Of a stretch of DNA of 64,000 nucleotides, positions 29,465 to 38,168 are shown piece after piece. The stretch covers positions 10,094-74,093 of the forward strand of contig SVHS01000001.1 of NCBI GenBank assembly GCA_015055745.1. Reading direction: 5' to 3'. The translations under genes and the position numbers were made by a program. Under the pieces are notes generated by a model. That model made no database searches and was not told the origin of the DNA. It saw only the letters and a list, made by a program, of their open reading frames with translations. Numbering within the stretch: the stretch's first letter is position 1; each line of letters begins with the position of its first letter. The DNA comes from Clostridiales bacterium (GTDB taxonomy: Bacteria > Bacillota > Clostridia > Christensenellales > UBA1242).

Positions 29465-30263
29465 TGTCGTCAGTAGTCACCTTTATCTCTATATCTTTAT
29501 TATGTAGGTCTGGCTGATAGGTGATTTTACCTTTGGTGTCACCAAGCTCTTTTGCTAGAGCATGACCTTTGTCATATTGTTCTTGAGTGATTTTGCCTGT
29601 GCGTAGTAGATAATCTGGGTAATAGTAGTCTCTATTGCCTTCTCCAGCACCCTCGCTACTACCACCATTGTCCTTTTTAAATATAGATATCACTGTCTTA
29701 AATAATATCTTGACATCACCCCAAAAAGTAATGTTTTCTGCATATTGTCTATCTTTTTCAAATATATCTTCCCAAGAAGCATCAGTCCTACCACCTGATA
29801 GCTGAGATATACAAGTAATACCTGGTCTACAATTGTAAGACTTTAAGACATCTTCATCATAGAAGATAGCGTCTTTTGCTTGTCTAGGTCGAGGTCCTAC
29901 TATACTCATATCTCCTTTCAAGATATTTACGAGCTGAGCCAATTCGTCTATAGAAGTCTTCCTCAAAAATTTACCAAACTTTGTCACTCTATATTTATCG
30001 TGGAGGAGATTGCCGTTTTCATCTTTTTTATTGTTCATACTTCTAAATTTATATATACGGAATATCTTGCCATTTTTTCCATGTCTGTAGTGGGAGTATA
30101 TAGGTGGCCAACCGTGAAAGCATAGTTCCAGTATGATGACTATCAAAAATAAAGGCGAAAGTACAATCAAGCCTATGAGAGAAAGTATGAAATCAAAAAA
30201 TCTCTTGAAAAACAATTCATATAAAGTGCGTCTTTTTTTCTTTTGTTTTACTTCTTTTGACAT
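29451..30263 (-). CDS. Undecaprenyl-phosphate sugar phosphotransferase (bacterial sugar transferase family; priming enzyme)
   Basis: FKRFFDFILSLIGLIVLSPLFL, FRIYKFRSM, GDMSIVGPRP. The likely start is M19 of the tracked ORF (30263), behind AAAGGGA. About 70 aa of C-terminal extension has no recognised family. Confidence 0.88.
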   Translation of the reverse strand: MSKEVKQKKKRRTLYELFFKRFFDFILSLIGLIVLSPLFLIVIILELCFHGWPPIYSHYRHGKNGKIFRIYKFRSMNNKKDENGNLLHDKYRVTKFGKFLRKTSIDELAQLVNILKGDMSIVGPRPRQAKDAIFYDEDVLKSYNCRPGITCISQLSGGRTDASWEDIFEKDRQYAENITFWGDVKILFKTVISIFKKDNGGSSEGAGEGNRDYYYPDYLLRTGKITQEQYDKGHALAKELGDTKGKITYQPDLHNKDIEIKVTTDDNAQQ

Positions 30264-30376
30264 AAAAAATATCCCTTTAAAAATTTTTATTTTTTTTGAG
30301 TAAATATATAATAACACATTAAATTTTATTTTTCAAGGGATTATCTACTAAATTACAATGTTTTTACTTGTCATTT

Positions 30377-30745
30377 TTATAAATCAATTATTTCTTCATC
30401 TCTACACATTAGAGAAAAATCTTTTATCTTATCATTTAATGTATCAAATATTGTGGTCAAAGTGTGTAGATTTGTGGATAAAGTGTATTTATCCATCGTG
30501 GCATACAAAGTGTGGTAGACTTCTATGGAATACAATTCTTCATTTAGCAGCGTAAATGCGTGATCCAATAGTCCAATTTTTTCAAAAAGTTTTAGATATA
30601 TGGATTTCAATTTTTTGCTTAATAAAGCAGTTTTTATATAAATATCGTCATCTGATATGCCGATATTTTTAGCACAAAGTATCTCGCTTTTCGCGATTTT
30701 GATATAATCTTCTATGAGAGATAATTTTATCTTGTTTTTTGTCAT
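30377..30745 (-). CDS. Hypothetical 122-aa protein at the head of the minus-strand glycan operon
   Basis: ORF only; predicted helical and no family recognised. Confidence 0.4.
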   Translation of the reverse strand: MTKNKIKLSLIEDYIKIAKSEILCAKNIGISDDDIYIKTALLSKKLKSIYLKLFEKIGLLDHAFTLLNEELYSIEVYHTLYATMDKYTLSTNLHTLTTIFDTLNDKIKDFSLMCRDEEIIDL

Positions 30746-30833
30746 AATTTTCCTCTTGCATAGTCTATGTAAAAAAATAAAAAGTTATGAGGTAAGATGT
30801 GTAAAATTTTTATCTTGATATCTACAAAAAATC

Positions 30834-30862
30834 TTGACAATTGTATATCCTTGTGATAAAAT
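30834..30862 (+). promoter_or_regulatory. Promoter of the T-box/aspS-asnS operon
   Basis: TTGACA at 30834-30839, 17-nt spacer, extended -10 TGATAAAAT ending at 30862. Confidence 0.7.
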
Positions 30863-30867
30863 CTAAT

Positions 30868-31066
30868 CAAGATAATGACGAAGAGAGTAATTGCACAGTA
30901 GGATTTATGAGTGAGGTGAGGATAGTGCGAACTTGCCAAATCTGGTGTAATGAAGGACACTTCCGAGTCTGTAGTTTAATCAAAGTGGTCGCTTTGTGGC
31001 GACAAGTTAGGTGGCACCGCGGTGATTTCATCGTCCTAATGCATTTTTGCGTTAGGGCGTTTTTTG
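30868..31066 (+). promoter_or_regulatory. T-box riboswitch leader (probable Asp specifier GAC)
   Basis: Stem I GA motif GAAGAGAGTA (about 30880-30889). Candidate specifier loop GAAG-GAC-A, with GAC at 30956-30958. Conserved T-box sequence AAGTTAGGTGGCACCGCGG (about 31004-31022). Terminator CGTCCTAATGC-ATTTTT-GCGTTAGGGCG plus a T run (31032-31065). Confidence 0.85.
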
Positions 31067-31102
31067 TTTTAACGCATTCGATTGCTATATTCAAGCAATT
31101 AT

Positions 31103-31200
31103 AATTGAAAAGGAGAGTATTATATTGAAACAAGTTCAATATAGATAATCTCTTGTCACTTGCGATTTGCAAGCATCACAATTGAAAAGGAGAGTATTAT
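31103..31200 (+). repeat. 21-bp direct duplication of the aspS ribosome-binding region
   Basis: AATTGAAAAGGAGAGTATTAT occurs at 31103-31123 and 31180-31200. The second copy ends in the aspS ATG. The first is followed by TTG AAA CAA GTT CAA TAT AGA TAA (31125-31148). Confidence 0.9.
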
Positions 31201-32482
31201 GATTACACAAATTTCAAAATTAGCAGTGGGTAGAGTAGATTTTTATGCTATGGTAGACACAGTGCGAGACAAAAAGAGTATGCAGTTTATCGTCGTAAAA
31301 GATTTTTCTGGCAAAATTCAATTATTTGTAGATAAGGAAAAATATCCAGAGGTGGCAGAGACATTTTTACACTTAGTACCAGGTGCGACGGTAAAAGTAT
31401 CTGGAGAATTGGTAAAAAGCGAATATGTAAAAATGGGTGGACAAGAGGTACTAGTAGATGCAGTAGAAGTGACTAGTCATGCTGAGCCAAATCCTATCGC
31501 CGATGATAGTACTATCGATTATAGGTTAAATTATCGCTGGATAGACCTAAGGACAGAGAAGAACCTATTGCTATTTAAGGTACAGACAGCTTTTGTCAAT
31601 GCGATGAGAGAGTTTTTGGTAGAAAAAGAGTTTGTGGAGATTCATTCACCAAAACTAATCGCCACAGCTAGTGAAAGTGGCTCAGAAGTATTTGAAGTAA
31701 AATATTTTGACACAAAGGCATATCTTGCGCAGAGTCCACAGTTTTATAAACAAATGGCTATGGCGGGCGGTCTAGGTAGAATATTTGAATGCGGACCTGT
31801 GTTTAGAGCAGAAAAGTCTCACTCGAGGAAGCATGCTACTGAGTTTACAGGATTTGACTTGGAGTTTTCAAATATAGAAAGCGTAGAAGATGTCATGGTG
31901 ATGGAAGAAGAGCTTTTGGCTTACGCACTAAAGGTGGTAAACGAAAAATATGGCGAGCAAATAAAGGAAGTCTTTGGAGTAGAGGTGATTACTCCTACTG
32001 TGCCATTCCCAAGAATTAAGCTTGCAGACTTGTATAAGGAATTGGAAGCACGTTATGGTTATACTTGTCCAGTAGAAGAGCAAGATGATTTGACTACCGA
32101 GGCAGAAAAATTGTGTGAAAAGTTTACAAAAGAAAAATATGGTCATGAGTTTGTATTTGTCACGGATTTTGGTGCTAGAAAGCGTGCATTCTATCATATG
32201 AGAAAAGATGGTATACCTCAAGGATATGATTTGATCTGGAAAGGTGTGGAGATTACTACAGGAGCACAGAGAGAGCATAGATTTGATATTCTATTACAGC
32301 AAGCTCAGGAGAAAGGTTTGGATAAAGATGTAGAGTTTTATCTACAATTCTTCAAATACGGTTGTCCTCCCCATGGTGGATTTGGATTGGGTATCGACCG
32401 TATCACTATGAATTTGTTAGAGCTAGCAAATATCAAAGAATCAATGTTCTTATTCCGTGGTCCAGATAGGCTCACACCATAG
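31199..32482 (+). CDS. aspS: Aspartate--tRNA ligase, archaeal/eukaryal-type (short, about 430 aa)
   Basis: ATG at 31199 behind AAAGGAGAG (ORF track: in-frame TTG at 31160). Class IIb motifs are present: FVEIHSPKL, QSPQFYKQ, FRAEKSHSRKHATEFTGFD, GGFGLGIDR. The bacterial-type insertion domain is absent. Confidence 0.85.
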   Translation: MITQISKLAVGRVDFYAMVDTVRDKKSMQFIVVKDFSGKIQLFVDKEKYPEVAETFLHLVPGATVKVSGELVKSEYVKMGGQEVLVDAVEVTSHAEPNPIADDSTIDYRLNYRWIDLRTEKNLLLFKVQTAFVNAMREFLVEKEFVEIHSPKLIATASESGSEVFEVKYFDTKAYLAQSPQFYKQMAMAGGLGRIFECGPVFRAEKSHSRKHATEFTGFDLEFSNIESVEDVMVMEEELLAYALKVVNEKYGEQIKEVFGVEVITPTVPFPRIKLADLYKELEARYGYTCPVEEQDDLTTEAEKLCEKFTKEKYGHEFVFVTDFGARKRAFYHMRKDGIPQGYDLIWKGVEITTGAQREHRFDILLQQAQEKGLDKDVEFYLQFFKYGCPPHGGFGLGIDRITMNLLELANIKESMFLFRGPDRLTP

Positions 32483-32497
32483 TAAAAGGAGTATTTT

Positions 32498-33883
32498 ATG
32501 CAAAGAATAGAGATAAAAGATTTACAGAAGACATACAAGGACTACGCAGATCAAGAAATCACTGTATGTGGCTGGACAAGGACTATCAGAGATAGTAAAA
32601 ATATCGCTTTTGTAGAACTTAATGATGGTGCTTTCAAGAGTGTGCAGATTGTAGTAGAGAAAGACAAGGTGTCAAACTATGACGAGATAGTAAAGCAAAA
32701 TGTAGGGTCATCATTTAGTGTCAAGGGTTTATTGGTACTTACTCCAAATGCACAACAACCTTTTGAGGTGAGTGCTAGACAGGTGACAATATTGGGAGAG
32801 AGCGAGGCTGATTATCCGCTTCAAAAGAAAGGTCACTCTATAGAGTATTTGAGAAGTATTCCTACTATCAGACCTAGGAGCAATCTATTTAACGCTGTAT
32901 TTAGGATTCGCTCAGTGGCAGCTTTTGCTATTCATAAATATTTCAATGAGAGAAATTTTGTGTATGTGCATACTCCTATCATTACATCAAACGACTGTGA
33001 AGGTGCTGGAGAGATGTTTCAGGTGACTACTCTAGATTTGGATAGGGTGGCTAGCAGTGGCAAGGTAGATTATACTAAAGATTTCTTCAATAAAAAAGTA
33101 TCTTTGACAGTATCTGGTCAGCTTCATGAAGAGTGTATCACTCATGCTTTTGGCAAGACTTATACTTTCGGGCCTACATTTAGAGCAGAAAATTCAAATA
33201 CTACACGTCATGCGGCAGAGTTTTGGATGATGGAGCCAGAGATTTGTTTTTGCGACTTAGACGAGCTAATGGACAATGAAGAAGAGATGATAAAATATGT
33301 CATTTCTTATGTGATGATTGAGTGTAGAGATGAGCTAGAGTTTTTAAATAAATTTATAGACAAAGGTCTTATCGCTAGACTTACCAATATCGTAGAAAAC
33401 GAATTTGTGCGTCTTGACTACACTGAGGCTATCGAGATGTTGACCAAAGTCAAAGATAGATTTACGTTCCCTGTAGAGTGGGGTGTAGATCTGCAGAGCG
33501 AGCATGAGAGATATATCACAGAGGAAATCTTTAAAAAGCCAGTATTCCTAAAAAATTATCCTAAGGATATAAAAGCTTTCTATATGCGCCAAAATGATGA
33601 TGGCAAGACGGTGGCGGCTGCAGATTTGCTAGTGCCAGGCATTGGTGAATTGATCGGTGGTAGCCAAAGAGAAGAGCGCCTTGATAAGCTTACAGAGAGG
33701 ATCAACGAGCTAGGTATGAATATGGAAGACTATGCTTGGTATGTAAATACTAGAAGATATGGTACCAATGTTCATTCAGGTTATGGCTTAGGCTTCGAGA
33801 GACTGGTGATGTACCTCACTGGTGTGAGCAATATTCGTGATGTCGAGCTTTATCCTCGTACAGTCGGCAACATTTTATATTAA
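32498..33883 (+). CDS. asnS: Asparagine--tRNA ligase
   Basis: VCGWTRTIRDSKNIAFVELNDG, FRAENSNTTRHAAEFWMMEPE, GGSQREER, GYGLGFERLVMY. Confidence 0.93.
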   Translation: MQRIEIKDLQKTYKDYADQEITVCGWTRTIRDSKNIAFVELNDGAFKSVQIVVEKDKVSNYDEIVKQNVGSSFSVKGLLVLTPNAQQPFEVSARQVTILGESEADYPLQKKGHSIEYLRSIPTIRPRSNLFNAVFRIRSVAAFAIHKYFNERNFVYVHTPIITSNDCEGAGEMFQVTTLDLDRVASSGKVDYTKDFFNKKVSLTVSGQLHEECITHAFGKTYTFGPTFRAENSNTTRHAAEFWMMEPEICFCDLDELMDNEEEMIKYVISYVMIECRDELEFLNKFIDKGLIARLTNIVENEFVRLDYTEAIEMLTKVKDRFTFPVEWGVDLQSEHERYITEEIFKKPVFLKNYPKDIKAFYMRQNDDGKTVAAADLLVPGIGELIGGSQREERLDKLTERINELGMNMEDYAWYVNTRRYGTNVHSGYGLGFERLVMYLTGVSNIRDVELYPRTVGNILY

Positions 33884-33890
33884 TAAAGAG

Positions 33891-33917
33891 ACGACCGTTA
33901 TAAGCGGTCGTTTTTTT
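33891..33917 (+). terminator. Rho-independent terminator after asnS
   Basis: ACGACCG-TTATAAG-CGGTCGT followed by a T run. Confidence 0.85.
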
Positions 33918-34082
33918 ATATCTGTTTTTGTACAAAATGTCTATTTTTGTAATATTTAGTTGACATTCTAGACCTTTTGGAGTTATTATCCATATAAAAA
34001 GTAAACTATCATAAAAATGTCGAAAATTCTGTGTATGTATTGATACAATTAATTTTGCACAATACATTTATAGGGAGAAATT

Positions 34083-34850
34083 ATGAGTGAAGATAAATTG
34101 GCTTGTTCTGTCGTGATTACTGTATATAATGCAGAAAAATTTATAGAGCAAACCGTACGCTCTGTTATGAATCAAACAGTAAAAAATATAGAGATTATTT
34201 GTGTAAATGATTGCTCTAAAGACAATAGCGTAGAGATTATCAAAAGGCTAATGACGGAAGATAGTCGTATCGTGCTTTTGGAAAATGATACAAATCTTAA
34301 AGTATCTCAGACTAGGAATAAAGGTATCCAATATAGTCATGCAAATTGGATAGCTTTGCTAGACTCTGATGATATGTGGGAGCCTGAGTTTTTGGAGAGG
34401 GTAATAGCTAGACGCGACGAGACTGGTGGAAGAGTAATACACACATCATATAGATTTATGGCTCATGATGGCAAAATACTTGATTCTACATTTATAGTAG
34501 ATGACAGTATTACTTACAAACAATTATTTAAACAAAATAAAATATTGCCATCAGCATCTTTTATAGAGAAAAGTTTGTTGCTCAAATATCCATTTTATGC
34601 TGATAATGTGCATGAAGATTTTGTATGCTGGTTGAGTATATTGAAGGAAATCAATGTGGCATATGGAGTCAAAGAGCCGTCTATGCTTTATCGCTTGACC
34701 GAAGGATCAAAATCTAGAAACAAGTTTAAGGCAATCAAAATGTCATATAATACGTACAAAGCACACGGTGTTCCTTTCTTCAAAAGATGGTATTACACAT
34801 TTTGCAACGCTATAAACGGCTTAAAAAAATATAGTAAGATAAAGAAGTGA
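34083..34850 (+). CDS. Glycosyltransferase family 2
   Basis: SVVITVYNAEKFIEQTVRSVMNQT, NDCSKDNS, ALLDSDDMW (DxD). Confidence 0.88.
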   Translation: MSEDKLACSVVITVYNAEKFIEQTVRSVMNQTVKNIEIICVNDCSKDNSVEIIKRLMTEDSRIVLLENDTNLKVSQTRNKGIQYSHANWIALLDSDDMWEPEFLERVIARRDETGGRVIHTSYRFMAHDGKILDSTFIVDDSITYKQLFKQNKILPSASFIEKSLLLKYPFYADNVHEDFVCWLSILKEINVAYGVKEPSMLYRLTEGSKSRNKFKAIKMSYNTYKAHGVPFFKRWYYTFCNAINGLKKYSKIKK

Positions 34851-34853
34851 CAA

Positions 34854-37196
34854 ATGAAAAAACTGGTTAATTATTTTTATCATAAGGAGTTTTTCACGCA
34901 AGGTTTATTATGCGTCCTTATTTCTTTTAGTTTGATAGGAACGTTGGTATCATCATGTGAAAAGTTTTTTTTGATTATTTCGGCGATTTTATTTACTATA
35001 ATATGTGTTGTATTAAATATTGAAAAATGTTTTTCTATATTGATGTTTTTGATAAGTTTTAGAGCTATAGGTGGTAATATCTTAGGTAATATCTCTTTAT
35101 ACAACATATTCATGTTTGTATTTTGTGTAGTTTTTGGTATCAAATATATCATATCACTTATAAAAAAGAAAGCAAGATTTTATCGATTACCAGTTATTTT
35201 TAGTTGCCTGTTGATTTTATATTCATTTATCAATTTCAACAAATCTAATATTGCAGATATTTTATTTGTTGCTATATTACTAGGTATATCATATCTCTTG
35301 TTTGTTAATTACAAAAATATTAATATTTACAAAGTAATCAAATATTTTATTTTTGGAATTATTTTCTCTGCATTAATTGGTAGTATCTTAGTAGTTATAC
35401 CTGCTACTAAAGGTATTGTATTATATATACCAGAGGTTAGATTTCAAGCTTTGGTAGAACATTCAAATCATTTACAGATACTTTGTTTGATTGGGTTGTC
35501 TTTGCTGGTATGGATGTTTTTTAAACAGAAAATCAAAATTATTCCATTTATATTATTATGTACTATTTTGTCTGTAATAGGTTTGACGACAAAATCTAAA
35601 GCATTTATAGTGATTTTCGCTGCGTTGTTGTTAGTTTTCTTATTTGCTTTATTTATGAAAAACAAAAAGCAAGGAATAGTCACTTTTGCTAGTATTTTAT
35701 TTTTTGGAGTTATCGCTTATATCATTTTCAATGATGAGTTTACTTCCTTAATAAATAGATTTACCAAGTACGATTATTCCAATTTTATGGACATGATCTT
35801 GACTGGAAGGTGGACAATATGGGGGACTTATTTAAAGGTATGGAGTTCTTCACCTTTCCATATATTATTTGGTTGTGGAATGACTGCAGGACAGGTGGGC
35901 TATTTTGGTACTCATAATTTGTTTATCAATTTGATTTATAAAATAGGAATTTTGGGGATATTGCTAATCATTGCGTTGGTTGTATCTTATTTGGTGTTAG
36001 TAAATGCAAAAATTAAGAGGCTAAACATCTTAAATTTGATACCATTAGTAGTATTGTTATTGACTTCATGTACAGAAACAATTTGGGGTGCATCAACATT
36101 GTTTTTCCCATTAATAGCGATGACTATTTTTAATCCAGAGAAAAAAATGCAGATCAAAAATGATAGCATAAAAAAATCAAGTAAAGAATATGGTATGGAA
36201 AGTAAAAAAATTAGTGTAATAATCCCTGTGTATATGGTAGAAAATTATCTAAGAAAGGGTATAGAAAGTGTAATCAATCAAACATATATCAATTTAGAAA
36301 TAATATTGATAGACGATGGAAGCAAAGATGCTTGTTCTAAAATTTGTGATGAGTATGCATTAAAAGATCGAAGAGTCAAGGTAATCCATAAGGATAATGA
36401 GGGTGTAGCTATAGCTCGCAATACTGGTCTAAATTTTGTCAATGGCGATTATGTGACATTTATGGATCCAGATGATATATTGGATTTGACCATGTATGAA
36501 AAATTGGCAAACAAGCTAGAAGAAGAAAATGCCGATTTGGCGATGTGTGGTATAAAACATATTTTTGAAAAAGATGGATCAGAAAAACTCTTTATTGAAA
36601 ACAATTTAGAAAAAGTCAAGACAGAGTCTATATATCCTTATTTCCTAAAAGTCGGCAGTTTGGAGCATGATGGTGCTATATACACTGAGAATATTATGGG
36701 TAGCGTCTGGAGATGCCTATTTACAAAAGAAATTATTAAGAATATTGAATTTCAAAATTTGAAATTGTGTGAAGATTTAGTATATTTGATAGAGGTGTTT
36801 AATAGAAAGCCAAAAGTGGCAATAGTAAATGAAGCATTGTATGGATATTTACAAAGAGAATCTAGTGCAATGCACGCTTTCAATGAAGAAAAACTAAATG
36901 AAAAGATAAAAGCCTTTAAAATGGTATTGGAGAAAATAGAAGATAAAGTAAGTAAAGATCAACACAATGCATATAAATTTCATGTTTATTCTAGTTTGGT
37001 GAATGAATTGGTTAAAAATAAGCAATCAGATAAAGTTGTAAAACTAGTAGAAACAGATTTTATGAAATCATTATATTCAAAAGAAAATTATAAGCTGGCA
37101 TTGAAGAATGCTGAAGGTATAAGGCATAAAATTGCATACTTCTTAATCTTCCATAAGATGATAAAAGTATATTCCTTATTGTTAAAATTTATCTAA
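34854..37196 (+). CDS. Fusion protein: N-terminal Wzy/O-antigen-ligase-like polytopic membrane domain plus C-terminal GT2 glycosyltransferase domain
   Basis: About the first 440 aa are polytopic, with the family block GCGMTAGQVGYFGTHNLFINLIYKIGILG. The C-terminal ~330 aa are GT2 (ISVIIPVYMVENYLRKGIESVINQTY, IDDGSKD, FMDPDD) and parallel the 39344 gene product along their length. Confidence 0.8.
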   Translation: MKKLVNYFYHKEFFTQGLLCVLISFSLIGTLVSSCEKFFLIISAILFTIICVVLNIEKCFSILMFLISFRAIGGNILGNISLYNIFMFVFCVVFGIKYIISLIKKKARFYRLPVIFSCLLILYSFINFNKSNIADILFVAILLGISYLLFVNYKNINIYKVIKYFIFGIIFSALIGSILVVIPATKGIVLYIPEVRFQALVEHSNHLQILCLIGLSLLVWMFFKQKIKIIPFILLCTILSVIGLTTKSKAFIVIFAALLLVFLFALFMKNKKQGIVTFASILFFGVIAYIIFNDEFTSLINRFTKYDYSNFMDMILTGRWTIWGTYLKVWSSSPFHILFGCGMTAGQVGYFGTHNLFINLIYKIGILGILLIIALVVSYLVLVNAKIKRLNILNLIPLVVLLLTSCTETIWGASTLFFPLIAMTIFNPEKKMQIKNDSIKKSSKEYGMESKKISVIIPVYMVENYLRKGIESVINQTYINLEIILIDDGSKDACSKICDEYALKDRRVKVIHKDNEGVAIARNTGLNFVNGDYVTFMDPDDILDLTMYEKLANKLEEENADLAMCGIKHIFEKDGSEKLFIENNLEKVKTESIYPYFLKVGSLEHDGAIYTENIMGSVWRCLFTKEIIKNIEFQNLKLCEDLVYLIEVFNRKPKVAIVNEALYGYLQRESSAMHAFNEEKLNEKIKAFKMVLEKIEDKVSKDQHNAYKFHVYSSLVNELVKNKQSDKVVKLVETDFMKSLYSKENYKLALKNAEGIRHKIAYFLIFHKMIKVYSLLLKFI

Positions 37197-37208
37197 AGGA
37201 ATTAAAGA

Positions 37209-38159
37209 ATGATGAAAGTAAGTGTTATTGTACCAGTGTACAAAGTAGAAAAATATCTAGATAAATGTGTGGAAAGTGTGGTCAATCAGACATACAAAAA
37301 TCTAGAAATAATTTTAGTAGATGATGGTAGCCCAGACAAGTGTCCGCAGATGTGTGATGAATGGGCAAAGAAAGATGAAAGAATAAAGGTTGTACACAAA
37401 CAAAATGGAGGTCTTAGCAGTGCTAGAAATGCTGGCATAGAAATAGCTAAAGGCGAATTTTTGATGTTTGTGGATTCAGATGATACAATCAATCCTCAAA
37501 TGATAGAAATCTTAATAAGGATCCAAAGTGAAACTTCATCAGATATCACAATGTGTTCGTGGAAAAAGGTCCATGATATCAATAATCCTAAAAATAAGAC
37601 TTATGACGTAGAAAAATTGGTTTGTGTAGTATATGAGAATGATGAGGTTTTTGCGCTTCTTTATAATAAAAAAGTACCTCTTATCATGGCTGCGTGGGCT
37701 AAAATTTATAAAAGAAATTTGTTTACAGATGTGCGTTATCCAGAGGGTAAAATACATGAAGATGAGGCTGTCATTCATGAGATATTGAATAATTGTAAAA
37801 AGTTAAGTTTTATTGATTATCCAATGTATAACAATACGCAACGCCGTGATAGTATTACTGCTACTACTTTTAATGTAAAGAGACTTGTTATGTTGGAAAT
37901 CATGAAGGGGCGTATTGATTTCATGGAAAAAAACAAGCCTCAATTTATCGACTCAGCCATTCATCATTATGTGAAAATTTTGATTTTGTATTACCACTAT
38001 GTAAAATGGGCAAAGATGTCTCAGAGTATATTGAATCAAATCAAGGCAGAAATTGATCAATATTGTGCTCAAGGATATACTAGCAAAATCACTAAGATGT
38101 TTTATAAATTTCCAATAATACTTGATTGGGTATTAAGAATCAGAGAAAAGATTATATAA
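37209..38159 (+). CDS. Glycosyltransferase family 2
   Basis: VSVIVPVYKVEKYLDKCVESVVNQTY, VDDGSPD, FVDSDD. Confidence 0.9.
   Translation: MMKVSVIVPVYKVEKYLDKCVESVVNQTYKNLEIILVDDGSPDKCPQMCDEWAKKDERIKVVHKQNGGLSSARNAGIEIAKGEFLMFVDSDDTINPQMIEILIRIQSETSSDITMCSWKKVHDINNPKNKTYDVEKLVCVVYENDEVFALLYNKKVPLIMAAWAKIYKRNLFTDVRYPEGKIHEDEAVIHEILNNCKKLSFIDYPMYNNTQRRDSITATTFNVKRLVMLEIMKGRIDFMEKNKPQFIDSAIHHYVKILILYYHYVKWAKMSQSILNQIKAEIDQYCAQGYTSKITKMFYKFPIILDWVLRIREKII
37233..37432 (+). repeat. 200-bp near-identical direct repeat, copy A (5' part of a GT2 gene)
   Basis: By-eye alignment with 39368-39567 gives 2 mismatches in 200 nt. The flanking parts of the two genes are diverged. Confidence 0.9.
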
Positions 38160-38168
38160 GAGGCAAAA

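Noticed and set aside
33918-34082. 8-bp inverted repeat ATGTATTG...CAATACAT, and a TTGACA-17-TTATTA promoter, upstream of the second glycan operon as a dedicated operator.
   Set aside because: The arms are short with a 19-nt spacer in AT-rich DNA, so the structure could easily arise by chance. There is no second copy elsewhere in the locus.
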